From positions 602,604 to 666,603 of the forward strand of contig JAAOMT010000226.1 in assembly GCA_016748015.1 (NCBI GenBank): DNA of 64,000 nt, read 5' to 3'. Below, one piece after another: positions 23,951-38,206 of this stretch. The notes under the pieces were generated by a model that saw only the letters and a program-made list of their open reading frames with translations, was not told the origin of the DNA and did no database searches. The stretch comes from Geosiphon pyriformis uo1. Lineage: Eukaryota > Fungi > Glomeromycota. The position numbers were made by a program, and so were the translations under genes. Every line of letters begins with the position of its first letter. Position 1 is the stretch's first letter.

Positions 23951-26900
23951 TTTAAAAACTTTTTTAGTTATAATACTTTTAATTAATATAGAAATAATAA
24001 TTGTTTTTTATTTTTGTTATGGTTATAAAAATAAGAAAAAAAGAGTTAGTTTTAATATTTTTATTTTTATATATATGTTTAATTACTTTATTAAAATAAT
24101 TAATTATTAAATTTATTTTATTTTATTGTAATCTTTTATTTTTATTATAATTTATGATTAAAAATTTAATTAATTTTTGAATTAGCAATAATTTTAATCT
24201 AATTAATATTAAGTATTATTATTTAATTCAAAATTTTTCAGTTTATTTTAAGAAGATTTTACTTTAATATTTATTTATAAATATAAAATTTAATTATAAA
24301 AAAATTATTACAAATTTTAATTAATTAATATTAATAATATTATATCAATTATACAAGTTTTTAAGATGGCTAATTGGTATTTATAAATATATTGAAAAGA
24401 AATTGGTTGGTTATAAATATACTTTTATTTTATTTATTTAACAATTAAATAATAAATATATATATTTAAAATTTTAGGATTTTTTTATATAATTAAATAC
24501 AAAGTTTACATTTTTGTAATCAAGTTAATTGTAATTTGTCAACATAAAAAAACATGTAAAAACAATTAAAGCTTATTTATTTACAATTATCAATTGATCA
24601 TATGTAAATCTAAAGCAGTTTTCTTTTTAATAAAATATTATAATAATATTGAAAGTTTTTTATGCTTTTTGAGCTTTAAACAATTATAATTGTAAATTAC
24701 TTAAATTATTATAATTATAATTAAATAATATTTTTGCTAATTTGTACCAAAAAATGATGTAACACCAAATTATTGATATTACTATTTTTAATCTTTTGAT
24801 ATCAAAATAGGATAAAAAATTATTAGGTTGTGAACTCAACATTACTCTTAGTATTCAAATAATTTCATTTTTATAAATTTAGAATATAGTCTTTGTTTAA
24901 GTTAAAATCAAAATATCACTCATGTGTAAAAATTATAAAATAAGCATTATATAATAACAAAAATTTAATTAATATTGATATTAAGTTTTTATCAGTTATA
25001 AAACAGATTCAAAGGCCAAATAAAGTAAGTAAACTATTTTCATTTAGATTGTATATCTATTGCTCGCTACCAAGTTTTTATATTATGACATCAAGCCATT
25101 TCAGTCACCATCATGATCCTTTTTGATGATACCAAATTAAACTCTAAGTTCAAAAGCATTTCGAGGTTTTAAAAAGGTTTGAGTTTTTAGTCAAATATCT
25201 TTCAATGGGAAAAATAAATTTAAGTTCTGTTGTCGTTCACAAAATTTCGAAAGAAAAATTTCTCAAGTTTCTACTTCACGATATCTTCAAATTTTGTGCG
25301 ATTTGTTCACAAAAATATATTAAAACTGAACTTAAAGAGATAATTCATTTCTTTAAAGATTATTCTTTCTTTGCTGAAACTATTTTCGTGAGGTATACTA
25401 ATCAAAATTCCCCGAACCATTCCAAAAATGTTTAATTAATTGGCGCAAAATTCACATTTAGTTACACACGATACACTAGATACTTTACTTAACCAGTTAT
25501 TATGTGGTATGACAGATTTTAGTATTGCCATTAATTTTCAATTAATTGCATCTCTATTTGTTTTTCAATATTAAACTCTTTTGATCATTAGCCAATAACT
25601 GAGTCGTTTTCAAATTTCAGAAACAATTGTTTGAACTAAACTCTTTGGCATCAAAGTTATAATTTACCGAGCAAGTGCAATAATATAAAATTTTCTAAAA
25701 AAGGTGTCTTTAAAAGCAATAAGTTTCTTAATAGGGAGGGGGTAGACTTTTGGAGAAAAGTTGTCCGAATTAAAAAATGTGTTCCAAGCTCATAGGAAAT
25801 AACATATTTAGCAATGTGAAAACTAAAAGATAATTATAGTTCAAATTCGATATCCGTCATTGTTGGCAAGAAGAATTCCGCAGAATCTTGTCATTAGCTT
25901 TAGGAAAAGGCTGATATCAGTGTAAACAACATGAAAGGTGAACGCTAAATTGAAAGATTGACGCCTGATTTACAGCAGAAACCTGCTTTTTGGCTGGCAG
26001 AAAATTCCTTTTTTCAATATTCTTTGTTATCTAGTTTTATAATTTTAATTCGCTTTAAAAAGCCGCAAATTTTTGCTTAATATAAAATAAAAATGTTATC
26101 ATAATAACGATAATCATTCCACAAATAGAAATTTTCATTCATTTGAAACCAAATTCTACCCAAAATCTTTCCTGAATATGTCACAAAGATAGCTTCTACG
26201 CAGAATTCTAAAACCTTTCAATAGGCTCAAGTTTTAAATCCTAATAAAAAGTCAATCGTGTAAACTCTTTTTTCATTCGAGTATCTGAAAGTATCTCAAA
26301 GTTTCTTTCCAATGTAATATCTATAACCTCTACTTTTAATTGGTTCAGTTGTCAACTATAAAAATCTGGAATTTTTCATTTTCGAAAAACCTCCTGCATT
26401 TTTATAAATTGCCATTTTTTAACATTCAAAATATGTAATATGCAAAATTTTCTAAAGTTGTATCACATTTATCAGCTAATTCACATCCTCAAACGTACCA
26501 AATCCCTTTACAATAATACCGGAAGAGAACCAGAACATATTCGCCAAATTTAGGTATTTTCGTCATAGAAACCTTTTTTCAATCACTTGACCAAAAATTT
26601 GTTGGAAAATCTATCGCTGTGAATTCTTAATGACTTCAAAAAATCATTTTATTTGTGCCTTTAAAAGCTTTGACCACAGATAAGATATGGAATTCGAGTT
26701 GCTGAAATACTTAATTTACTAATTAGTCTTATAATGATGTCAAGAACTGTTTTTTCGAAGAATCCTTTTTATCAAATAAAACAGTATTAGTAATTACGTA
26801 AGAGCAGAAGGTTGCATCGTTTTCAGCCACTTTTTACGATTATAAAAAAATGATAGAGCACTGCATGAAAACAACAAAATTCCCAAAAGTAAAACTGTGA

Positions 26901-27504
26901 ACAAAAACGGCAGATGGTTTGATTAGGTAACCCAAAACGAGCTGAACTTTCAAATTGACTGAATTTTTCCAAACATAAAACCTCACAACTAATCATGAGA
27001 AATCTGTTTCGCGTCAAAGACTATCTCTTCAATTTGTTCGGGCCGGCATTCTTGCCATTGTGATTAAAACATTCAATGTGTTACCTGTTACTTAATACTG
27101 CTGCATTTTTTTTACCTTATCAGAGATCTTTCACCAAATAGATGTCTTTAACAAACTCTGGTTGATCAAAAAATTCCGATTGGTTAAAAACAAGTATTAC
27201 AATTGTTTGGACTATCGATTTCCTAATCATAATTCGGTTTCAAACTCTTCTAGAATCCAAGGTCATATTATTCAATCGATAAAAAGGTTTTTGTTCTTCC
27301 CTTTTTTCATTTCTTTTAAAGAGAGAGCTAGATGCTTATTTGTCACAGAATCGAAAATTTTTCTTTATTGTGAGCTAAAATGTTTAGAATCCTTTGATTG
27401 CCTTATTGAATTATAGGACCTAAATTATTATCATTCTACTATTTGGAAAGAGTTTCTACTAATAAAGTTCATGTCTCGTATTTTATTAAAATTATTATTT
27501 GATC

Positions 27505-28851
27505 TTATAGCCAGCCAACTTGATGAAAATATGCCCAAAGTTTACTAGCTTTGTTCACATCCATTCTAAGAAGTTTTTGAGCATCGCTTTTACGGAATGG
27601 AAGTGATCTCATTCTATAACGCCGTGAAGCGGTTAATAAAGCATGTTTTGCATTGATGTATTGTACCGGTGTTAGACGAAATGTGGATGCAACGTATACT
27701 TCATTAGGGTGCAGTAATTCAACGTGGGGTAAATTTTGAATTGTTAATGGATCGCCTTTCCAAACAATTTGTGGTGGTAGTTCTAAACCACTATTATCAA
27801 GGATTAATCCGGCGAGTTCACTCAAAACCTGAGAAAATTCTAAATTTCGAGAATGAGAGAGACTGGGCTCGTCGTTACGAATTGAAGAGTCTTTGGGATG
27901 TGAATTCATTCTGTATTGGAATAAAAACTGGTCAGCCATCACACGGGTCGAGGAATTTCCTTTCCGTCGCTGAGGTCTTGGTGTGACAAAAGTTTCAATT
28001 TTGATCTTTTCTTTCTTCACTACTGGTTTCTTTCTAGGCCTTAAACGAGTTAGTGGCTCCAATGATTCGCTGGAAGATACTTCAGGCGAACTTGTTTTTT
28101 GGGAAACAGGTTTCTCAAAGTTGCTTCGAAGAATTTGAAGAGGGTCATGAAAGAAAATTTCCAACGAGTTAAAACTGAACGTAATTCCTTGGGAATCTTT
28201 ATTTGGCGAGCGAACAGGATAGGGATTCTTTCGTGGGTGATCATTTTTGACATTTTTCATTGTTAGTTCTTTATTGACCGAATCATCCGTTGGTGAAGGC
28301 GTCCACCCAACAGATAGACCATTCGTCTTGGTTTTTTTCAGGCCGATTTTTTCCAAAATTTCATCGGGTGCACTTGCTAAAGTAAAACGACATTTTCTTT
28401 TCGCTTGCGGCTTTTCCCCAGAAGGGTATTCTCTTTTTGAAGAAGAAATTGAGAAGTTTTGACTTTTGTCCCTTAATGAGTTTGATCCTTGTTGAATTGG
28501 TGAGGATTGATATGTATTGAAAGGCAAATTCTGAGTTTCGTTTGATGGCTTGACATGGGGCAAAGAATTTTCAGGGTTTCCTAATCCTGAAGTACCTAGA
28601 AGCGTAGACACTGATTCATTGTTTTTAAGTGGCAAAGATTTGTTTTCATTTATTGGTGAAAGAGGTGGTGTGTTAAGGGAATCGATTGAAGAAAACAAGG
28701 AATTTTTGAAACACAGCAATTTATTTGGTTTTGGATCTTGGAGAAATGTTGATTTAAAGGGGATTTTTGAGGAGTTGAATTCTGGCCATTGTGGCTCTCT
28801 TTTATATGAATCTAATGAAGTATGGTTGTAAATTCCTGTAACTTCAGTCAT
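27505..28851 (-). CDS. SWIRM-domain protein (yeast Fun19/YOR338W-like), intronless, 448 aa
   Basis: C-terminal WKGDPL...LLHPNEVYVASTFRLTPVQY...FRKSDAQKLLRMDVNKASKLWAYFHQVGWL is a typical fungal SWIRM domain. The N-terminus is low-complexity. Confidence 0.9.
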   Translation of the reverse strand: MTEVTGIYNHTSLDSYKREPQWPEFNSSKIPFKSTFLQDPKPNKLLCFKNSLFSSIDSLNTPPLSPINENKSLPLKNNESVSTLLGTSGLGNPENSLPHVKPSNETQNLPFNTYQSSPIQQGSNSLRDKSQNFSISSSKREYPSGEKPQAKRKCRFTLASAPDEILEKIGLKKTKTNGLSVGWTPSPTDDSVNKELTMKNVKNDHPRKNPYPVRSPNKDSQGITFSFNSLEIFFHDPLQILRSNFEKPVSQKTSSPEVSSSESLEPLTRLRPRKKPVVKKEKIKIETFVTPRPQRRKGNSSTRVMADQFLFQYRMNSHPKDSSIRNDEPSLSHSRNLEFSQVLSELAGLILDNSGLELPPQIVWKGDPLTIQNLPHVELLHPNEVYVASTFRLTPVQYINAKHALLTASRRYRMRSLPFRKSDAQKLLRMDVNKASKLWAYFHQVGWL

Positions 28852-31800
28852 TTTTGGGGATACTTTACTTTAGCTATTTGACGATTATGGATAAAAAAAT
28901 TTTGACATATATTGCAAATTATCCTTCCTTTCGTTTTCACTAGAATTAAAATTACAATAATCAGAATGGAAAAGGTGGTTTTGTAAAAAAATGGGGGAAA
29001 AGTCAAAAAATGTATTAAATTTCTATGATGAACTTTCTTTCTTGTCAAAATGATAAACTGGCACGTCCAGCGGTTGATTGCAAGCTTACTCTGCAAGGAG
29101 ATTATGAAAAGATTAAACCTGTAAAAGAATTGATTCAAAAAAAATTACGTTTTCAATCTTGAGAGGGAACCTTTTATATTTATTAAGCAGGAAAATTCAA
29201 TCCATTCATCTCCTCGTTTACATCGTGAATCAGGACATGATTAACATTGACATTTATGCTGTATCACGACCTTCCAATTAATGGAAAAACAAACACACAA
29301 TGCCGAAGAATCAAGAAAAAGGAAAGCGTGTATTTACTTGCATGCTTGAATATACAATGATTGTGGTGTAACATTACCGAGAAAGGAAGTAACCGAAGAA
29401 AAGTTCCGCTAACGAAGTGAAAAAGTTTAAAATTTTAGGCAAGGTTCGTAACAAGTGAATTTAGGATTAATGAATTGAACTCCCAATATTTAAATTTTCA
29501 GAAATGCTTTTTGTTTGAGCTTGGGTTTTTCCTCAAATTGTCTCACTATTTGATATGTTCGTATGGTTTTAAAAATTTCAAAGTGGAGTAGATAACTTAT
29601 CTTTTACGACCTTAATATTGTAAAGAACTTTGTTCGACTGGCGTTTCAAAAACTTAATTTTAACTTTTGTAAATAATCTTTGATGGAAATTGAATTGGAC
29701 CTTTTCTACATGTTTTTTTGTTGATTTTCAATTAAAAAAAAAAATGGAAAAAAAATCCTAAAGTTGATTCATCAGATCAGTGTCAATCACAAGCCAAATG
29801 ACATCAGTTTATTAAAGTGACATATTGACCATTTCGACAAAAATCAAGGGCTTCTGAAAACAATTCCCGATTTCAAAACCAAGGAGTCAAATATGTTTTC
29901 AAGGTTTTTGAAGATGGTCAGGACAGTAAGTTTGATGATGGATTAACAGAAGATCTTGTTCAGAAAGGCTCCAAATATTATTCACATATTATTCTCCATA
30001 AATTAAATTTACGACAATCTCTTCTGAATGTTCTCCATCGCTATCCTAACTATTGATCACAAGCCTACCTTAAAGGTTAAACCACTTTTTATCGTCATAA
30101 TATTAACTAATTGTAAGACGTAATCCGAAACCAAAATCAAAAATCCTGAGTAAAAAGCCACGAGGAATCTCGGAAAAATAATGAAATATCAATGGGTTGC
30201 GGTATCCCAAGATTTTCTCAATCACCCGGCAAATTATTTATAAAAAATTAATGATATATGGGGGGTGGTAAAGTATTTAAAAGATTAATTGCTCTTTAAG
30301 CTTTCGAGAAAAAAAACCTGGGAAAAAACGAAATCGTCCTCCCCAATTGAATTTATTAAGATGCATGATAAGAAATCTTACATATTCATGAGGAGTAATG
30401 TGAATTTCAATATTAAAAAAATTCTTGAAGTCCAGGATTTTTCTTTCCTAGAAATTGGAATCGAGGGTTAGGAGCGATGGGCTTTTTTGAATTTGGTTAG
30501 AGTTCAGCAGACATTTTTTTTTAGTGAAAAAAAACCCCAAGGGGACTTTGTAGTCATTAAATAATAACAATTTTTATTGTAAGTAATGTGAAATAATAGA
30601 TTATTGTTAGGCAGCTTTTTACATATAGATCTCGATGCCTGTTTCGGTATGTGCAAAACATATATGCAACGTGGTTTATGTAAAACGCGCCCAATGACAC
30701 ACGATGACGATCAGAACATTCCCTTTTTTTGTAGTTGCCAAAAAAAATTAATGAATAAAGGAGTGAAAGTTTTGGTTTTATGATAAAAAAAGCTTTAATT
30801 AATAATAAAGTTGATCCTTTGGTGTTTTTTTTACAATTTGTGTAATATTTTCATTTCGTATTTGAAATATCTTTGTGGCCTTAATTTATGAACAGTTTCA
30901 TCAAACCATTTCTTGTAAAGCCTGCTGCAAAGATATGATGATCCTTCTTTTTGGAAAAAAAAAAAACTTAAAAGAATGACCAAATTCGAAATTATTTCCG
31001 GAATTTTAGAAGTTGGAAACCCTTCAAAAAAGCTCTACCAGTTAATTACGCTATTCCAATGATTTTTATTGAATTTTTGAAGATAATTTTTTCAATCCTT
31101 CATTTTTATAACGTTAGGATTTTTTTTCACTTGCAAAATATTCCATATTCCAAAATCGAAATATAAAAGAATAATTTAATTTTTTTCTTAGAAATAAAGT
31201 CATTAATTCAAATCTTTGCCCAGGTTTTTATAGAATATTGACGCTAATCGTGACAGGGCAGTCAAAAATACTTTACAGAATTAAGCTTGACAGTGGCAAT
31301 ACACATGAATATTATCAAATAATTAAGTTTTTAAAGTTTCAACATCAAAAGATTTATTTTGAGTTTAGATTTTCAAAGTTTCGAACAAACAAATAATCAA
31401 AGGAAAATAATCATGGCTAATATAAGATTTTAAATAATTCTCAAAAATATATCACTGGAAGAAATACATAAAAATTTAGATGGAGCATCAGCAAACCAAA
31501 GAAAATATTTACATCACTCAGCTGGCTTAAACCCATAGGATGATAAGTTTTAATTTATTTTTTTGGAAAATTTTTTTATAAATGCAATTTTAGAAGTAAG
31601 ATTTGATTTGAATTTTCATTAATATTAATCAAAAAGATTTATTACTTAATATTAATTATTTTATATTATCGCACAAATTTAGCATTGATTTGAAAGAAAT
31701 ACAATGAGTATTTTATAAATATGTTTAATAAAATATTTCAGATTTTAAAAATATTCAAAATTTTAATTATGTGGAAATTATAATAAATTTTTTTTTTCAT

Positions 31801-31967
31801 TTATCAATTATAATTTATTTTTTGAAGTTTATTTATTTTATTTTATTTTATTTTATTTTAAATTTAACAAAATTTTTATAAATATTCTTGTTATAAATTA
31901 AAGTCACATAGTAAAAAAAAATCAGTAAATAAAAATAAATCAAATTGAATATAATAAGCTATGCAAT

Positions 31968-32039
31968 TAAAACTATATAAATATAAAGTATTAATATTAA
32001 TAAAACTATATAAATATAAAGTATTAATATTAATAAAAC
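31968..32039. repeat. 33-bp tandem duplication
   Basis: TAAAACTATATAAATATAAAGTATTAATATTAA occurs twice, followed by a partial third copy. Confidence 0.85.
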
Positions 32040-32827
32040 AGTTTATAAATATAAAAATTAAATAATATATTTAACATAATTTCATATCTTAATCAGAAAA
32101 TTCTAAAATTCTAGAATTTAATATTAATATTAGTTATTTAAAAGTTATTTTAGAAAAAAAATTTAAAAGAGCAGTTTTTTTTAACTAATTCTAAAGGCAT
32201 GTAGTACATAATTAAAAAAAGTACTTAATAATTAAAATTTTAATATTCATTAATGTTTTTTACTTTAATTCTTAACTCATTTGATTAAGATTTTCATAAA
32301 TAAAACTTTTATTTAAACAACTTCATTTAAAGTAAAGTAATAATTGTATGTATGCTCGACTTTATAGCTAATAATAATATGTATTATTTGATATTTAAAC
32401 ATCAAAGATACAAAAATAAAATAAATTTGAACATTAAAATAAGTAGTTATAAATTTAATATTTCCTGAATATAAAATCTGGTCTTTACCTTTTTTTGGAT
32501 AAAGTAATTCAGCAAGCATTCTGACTATACAAAAATATTTGTTTTTTATTAATTGATTTTGTAAAAAAGTTTTACATATCGAACTTCAGGATATTCATCA
32601 TTTCAAAAAATAACTATTTTACAACACGTCCTCTGCATTCTATTTTTCCTCAGAATATTGAATTCATATCTTGAGAATTCTCCACGCAATATAAACTCCA
32701 AATGAATCAAGAAAAATTGATTTATTGATAAGAAAACTTGGGCAGCTCACTTAGATTTGTAGTAAAGTGTTTTCCAAGATCAAAATTTCTAAAGCCTTTC
32801 CCACATCATCAACAACACATTGGTCTT

Positions 32828-33685
32828 TCACATCTCAATGAAAATGTATTTTCGACCATTAAATTCGATCCCTCGCGTTCCGTATATTTCCACCTCTTCA
32901 TATTTACCGATATGTTCTTCAAACGCCTTCTGCAATGGCCTACAAACTACATGACCTTGACAATACTCCGGACTCGTTTGAAATAAATCAAAGAATAAAA
33001 TTCGATGAGCCTCAGATGGGGACAAGAGAGGTGGCTTTTTGATATACTCCATCCTAAGTTTCACCTCATAATCTAGCTCTTCATCATGTGTACCAGGATG
33101 GGGGCAAGAGGTAGTATGTCCGGAAAAAAAGTGTGAAAACTTGATTTTTGAATTTATTTCGTCAATAGATTTTTTATATTTGAAAATCCTTCGATACAAT
33201 TTCACTTGAGTGTTATGGGATAGCCGTTGAAAATGAGGAAATCTTTCAAATTTTGATAAGTTTTCAAGGACGAGTTTTGATGACTCTTTATAGACTTTTC
33301 TAAATTTTCCAGACTCGGAAAAAACGAGTGCCAAAAGTGGATCTTCATAAAAGTGTAATTCAAGCCATTGCAAACAACCTTGGAAAGCTTTTTCGACCTC
33401 ATATTTGTCAGCGATTTGTAGTAAAATTGCAACTTCTTTCCAGGTCAAATTGAGCGTACTTGGGGAATAAATTTGTGACAATAATAGTTCTAATTCGATT
33501 GGACTATCAATTAATGGAATCTCTGGAATAAGCTGTTCCGGCGATAGCTGTGCATGGTTGAACATGTCTTGGAAAATCTTTGACGCAGTAGTCAATATGG
33601 AACGGTGAACTTTATAGGATGTTTCCTCAGCAGTAAGTATTAGATCACCGTCGTGGTAATAATGAAATGAACTCTGATAACCCAT
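32828..33685 (-). CDS. BTB/POZ-domain protein, intronless, 285 aa
   Basis: DGDLILTAEETSYKVHRSILTTASKIFQDMF and LLQIADKYEV are BTB signatures. Confidence 0.88.
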   Translation of the reverse strand: MGYQSSFHYYHDGDLILTAEETSYKVHRSILTTASKIFQDMFNHAQLSPEQLIPEIPLIDSPIELELLLSQIYSPSTLNLTWKEVAILLQIADKYEVEKAFQGCLQWLELHFYEDPLLALVFSESGKFRKVYKESSKLVLENLSKFERFPHFQRLSHNTQVKLYRRIFKYKKSIDEINSKIKFSHFFSGHTTSCPHPGTHDEELDYEVKLRMEYIKKPPLLSPSEAHRILFFDLFQTSPEYCQGHVVCRPLQKAFEEHIGKYEEVEIYGTRGIEFNGRKYIFIEM

Positions 33686-35347
33686 GAATTTCTTTTATCA
33701 AACGTTCATTTCAAGGTGTGAAAAAGTGATATAGAAAAAAAGGTCTTTAGAGGTGTTCTTTTCTTTGGTAATAAAATTTATGAATAGAAATTGATGTTGA
33801 TTATGTTTCAGATTTTAGTATAAATGTAAGATAAATTCCTTGATTAAAATGACATGATCTGATTACCTAGAATAATTTTTGGAAGAATTATTTAGAAGCT
33901 TTTCAGTAAAAAGATGGAATATGAAAAAAAAATTTTCAATATAAAATTCTAATAAAAATCCTAGAGATCTAAATGCGGAATAGAGGTTCTATCAAAGGCT
34001 TATAACTAAAGAGCTTGAATAACTAACCAAAATATAAATTCGCAGGTTTACATTTCCTAGTAAGCAGGATGTATTTCGAATCAAATACCAAATACGTCAC
34101 TTGGCAGCAATTCCGGAATCCGAACAAATTATCGATTGAGGCAAAGTTCAAATTTATTGAGTCGAATTATGTCTGTATAACTGAAAAATTCAAGTTTGGT
34201 GATACATAATACGATCTACTCGAGTTTTATCCTTGCGTGTATTTTCTCGTGATTATAATTCAAAAGCTTTAAAAAGCTCGTAAAACATGTATCTAAATGA
34301 TAATTTATATATATTACCAGAATGAAAAAATTTTCGTTGAGTTTTTAGTTTACGAAAATTTTTAAAACTTTTTATTTCTGTATATTTAATTGTTTTAACT
34401 TCCCCAAGACAACACAATTTCCATTTTAAACATTCTAATAGTTTATTGGGACATTATTGCTTCACGATATTCACTTTTTAAGCATCAAAAGATTAACAAC
34501 TTTGGTTCCTGTATTAAAGTTTATTAAACGAAAATAATAAAGGTAACTGATTACTTTTCTACTATTTCATTATTTTCGAAAACTTTCTGAAGAATGGAGG
34601 ACAATTAGGTATCTGCTTTGAAACAGAATACCATTTCTAAATAGTATTTGGGCCCACTTAAAATTTTTAATGATAGATGAATTTTTTAAATATCTCTTTC
34701 ATCCAAAAGTTTTTTGCAAATGACAAAAATTTTTTGTTTATAAAATTTTATGGACTCTTTGAAACCAAAATCTTTTTTGAGTTTTAATTGTAATTTTCTG
34801 TGTAAAATTATTAAAATTATTGAATTATTTCCTTTAATTCAAATATTTTCTTGTTCCAAATTTAATTAATATTATCAGAAACTTGCATATTTTATTTTAC
34901 AATAAAATGTGAATAAAGCAGTCTGAAAGCAAGTAGAATATTAATTTTTGAAAATTGAAGTTAATGAAAAGAGACAAAAATTTAAATCTTAAATTACTTC
35001 ATTATTTGAAAGTCTATTTTTTTTTGCTCTGATAACCTTATTGAATAGCCTTTTTTTTATTTATATAGAAAAATCTGTTTAGAAAAAGAATTTCCCCATA
35101 AAAATATTAGAGATCTTCGGTTTAAGCCCACCCTCTAATAACAACAATCAAAGTGTTTGTCCAGACAAAAAACTAAAAATTTTTACCCAATTTTCATGTT
35201 TCAATAGAGATTTTCTAATTCCCATTGAAGCTTCATAACGTCAACAGCTTCGATTATGTCCATGTGCATGTGCAAATGATAGACTCTTCAGACAGACAGA
35301 CAGTGTTTTGGAAAAAAAAATGAAAAATTATTTATAAAGAGTATTTC

Positions 35348-35430
35348 AATGAATCAATGAATGAATGAATCAATGAATGAATGAATGAATGAATCAATGA
35401 ATGAATGAATGAATGAATCAATGAATGAAT
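35348..35430. repeat. (AATG)n microsatellite with periodic AATC variants
   Basis: Variant C bases at 35355, 35371, 35395 and 35419. Confidence 0.9.
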
Positions 35431-37390
35431 AATTATAATTGGAAAAAGGGGATCAAATCTAGAGGGGCAAATTAAGTTTAAAATAAGGAGTAAGTGCCAA
35501 GGTAAAATTATGTAGGTTTTAAAAAAATTTCCTTATCTATGTTTTTCCCCAACAATAATTTTCACACAAGATTGAAAAATGTTACATAGATTAAGAATTG
35601 TCAAAGGGATTGAAAGTTTTAATCAGTCTAATATTCGAAGATAAATAATTATTTGGTAAGTATTAAAGTTTGACTTAAATTCGTAATGTCCATCGACATA
35701 TAAATGTATTAAGGTCAAAAGTGCTCCTGCATAGTGAAAATGTGTCACAAGATGCATACTGTTACAACTCATCATATGACAAATTTTTTTCCCATTTCTT
35801 TAAGGTCTGGTAACTAAAATAATTTTTTATTATTGCAAGTATCAATATTATTTTTTTTTGTAATCCAATCTGATTGCTCACACAATTTATATCATGTTTT
35901 CCAAATTTTTTCAAACAATCTTTTTCCAAGTAATAAAACTAAACTAAGGCGTTTCAATGAGATTTTTTTGATTAATTAACAACTTAATCTTTTTTTTTTT
36001 TTTTTTGTAATCCACAGATTTATAAATTATTATTATTATTATTCTTATATGGCAGGCACCTAGAATCATCACTATATATCGAACGGCTTTCAATTTATCC
36101 GTTATCTGTGATGGGAACTTGGGGACAGGGCTTTTTACCTCTAAATGATTTCCATTTGATTAGTCAGGAAAAAAAAAATGATTTGAAAAATTTAATCCTC
36201 TTATTTGTTCATATCATAAAATATTGTGACATAAGTTTGTTACTTGTTTTCACCCACATTCCCAAATGTTTGACTCCAATGATTCAATCTTAGAAGTCGA
36301 GATTTACAAACAAACAAACATCTCGAAATTTTATTCCTTACACTAGTATTTTTGCGTTAGGATCCCGACTGATTTCATTAAGATTGCCTAACCATAAAAT
36401 TACAGTTAATGGAATCCAAAGCTCTTGAGTAATTACAAATAAAGTTGACTCTCATAAAATTGGCGTTTTTTTACAAATATTTTATCAATATTTTTATTTG
36501 AAAATTTGTTTCATTTTGAGAGGTATTAAGACTTGATTATTTTCTTTCTGATATACGTTCCTTAAACGTGGAACATATGCAATAAACAATAATTTAATTT
36601 GATCACAAGGTAGGGAACCTATCATAGAAAGCGAAAAAACGAAAGATTTGATGTAAGTTTTCACAAACAATATGAAAAAATTCATGACTCGAATATTTTC
36701 AACAATTATTCAACACTGTTACTATAACACAAAAAATAACAAGTAAAAAAAACTTAACTAGTTTTCCAAAAGATTCTAAATTCTTAAAGACTCTTTTTGT
36801 CTTTATATTTGCATAAGGAAAAGTTAAAATTCATAATATTTTGTAATTGAATTTGTATTTTTCTTAAAATATTTTCTTTGCTTAATTAACCAACTCAATA
36901 CATATTAGTAATTCAATTATTTTTTGAAATTCTTTCAAAGCAGAATTTTGCCTTACACAAAAACTCAAAAAGTAAGTGTTCCAAATTTTTTGTAAACTTT
37001 ATAAAAAGTTTCAGTTCTTTTAACTATCTAATTCTAATAATAAATATAATTGAAAAAAATTCCCTCCCCTCCCCCTCAAAGTAGCGGGAAAGCAAATGCT
37101 TTTTTAAATTTTATTCGAACCTTAATTATTCACCAGAATATCGTAAATGAAAAATTTATTTATAAAACTTTTCCACCTTTCAATAAAAATTGAACATATT
37201 GAAAATTCAATGTTTCTAATCTTCTTCAAAAATCTGACAATGATTAAAGGTACTTGGAATGCTAAGAGTTTTAGTTTAATTATTTAATAATATATTACTT
37301 ATATAAGTTTTTGGAAAAAAATTCCCAAATTTTCTACTTTTAAATTCTGACTGATAATATATATATATATATTTTTTATTTATTTACCTA

Positions 37391-38206
37391 TTACGAAGAC
37401 TGCTTCTCAAATAGCCAAATAAGCTTGGGGTATTCTGGTTGCTGCATTGCACGTATAACTTTTCGATGCCATTTTATTGCTTCATGAATGTCTAATGAAA
37501 TACCAAGCCCATAATGATGACGGTCTGCTATCAAAGACTGAGCCATTGTATTTCCAGCAAAAGCAGCTTTCCTCAACCAAAAATAACCTTTTCTTAAATC
37601 TTTTTTGACTCCAATTCCTTTAGTATAACAATGTCCTAATTCTGATTGTCCCCCACGATGACCCGCTATTGCTGACTTTTCAAACCAGTAAAATGCTTTT
37701 TCATCATCTTTAAAAATACCAATCCCTTGACTAAAACATAATCCAATGTTATGCTGGCCTAATGCGTTCCCAGCAACTGCTGATCGTAAGTACCAACAAG
37801 AAGCTTTTGACATATCTGTCTCGACACCATCTCCAAAGTCATAACAGATCCCTAATTCGTTTTGCCCAAGTGAATCTCCATTTTCGGCTGAAATCATGTA
37901 CCAATGAAACGCTTTTTTCTCATCTGGCTCTGTTCCTATTCCCCATCTGTAAAGAAAGCCAAGGAAACATGCGTACTCGGCACTTCTTGGTTGATTTTTA
38001 TGGTAGTTTATAATATATTGAAAGATTGCTCTTGAATCAAGTTTATTCTTTATTATCCAATTCTTAACATCTCGAACGATAATTTCAGCTTCGTCCCAAC
38101 GTTGATTACCAATTCGGAATATATTCAAAAGTTGATTGGCATATGTTTGATAGGTTTCTATGACATCCGCCATAAACTCATCACACGAGTTCTCAAGTTC
38201 TGCCAT
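37391..38206 (-). CDS. Sel1-like repeat (HCP-like) protein, intronless, 271 aa
   Basis: Five tandem ~36-aa repeats of the form LGxxYxxGxGxxxDxxKAxxWyxxsA. Confidence 0.92.
   Translation of the reverse strand: MAELENSCDEFMADVIETYQTYANQLLNIFRIGNQRWDEAEIIVRDVKNWIIKNKLDSRAIFQYIINYHKNQPRSAEYACFLGFLYRWGIGTEPDEKKAFHWYMISAENGDSLGQNELGICYDFGDGVETDMSKASCWYLRSAVAGNALGQHNIGLCFSQGIGIFKDDEKAFYWFEKSAIAGHRGGQSELGHCYTKGIGVKKDLRKGYFWLRKAAFAGNTMAQSLIADRHHYGLGISLDIHEAIKWHRKVIRAMQQPEYPKLIWLFEKQSS

Noticed and set aside
25861-26010. GC-richer patch with small hairpins (GCAG-AAAC-CTGC)
   Set aside because: No recognisable RNA family motif or ORF.
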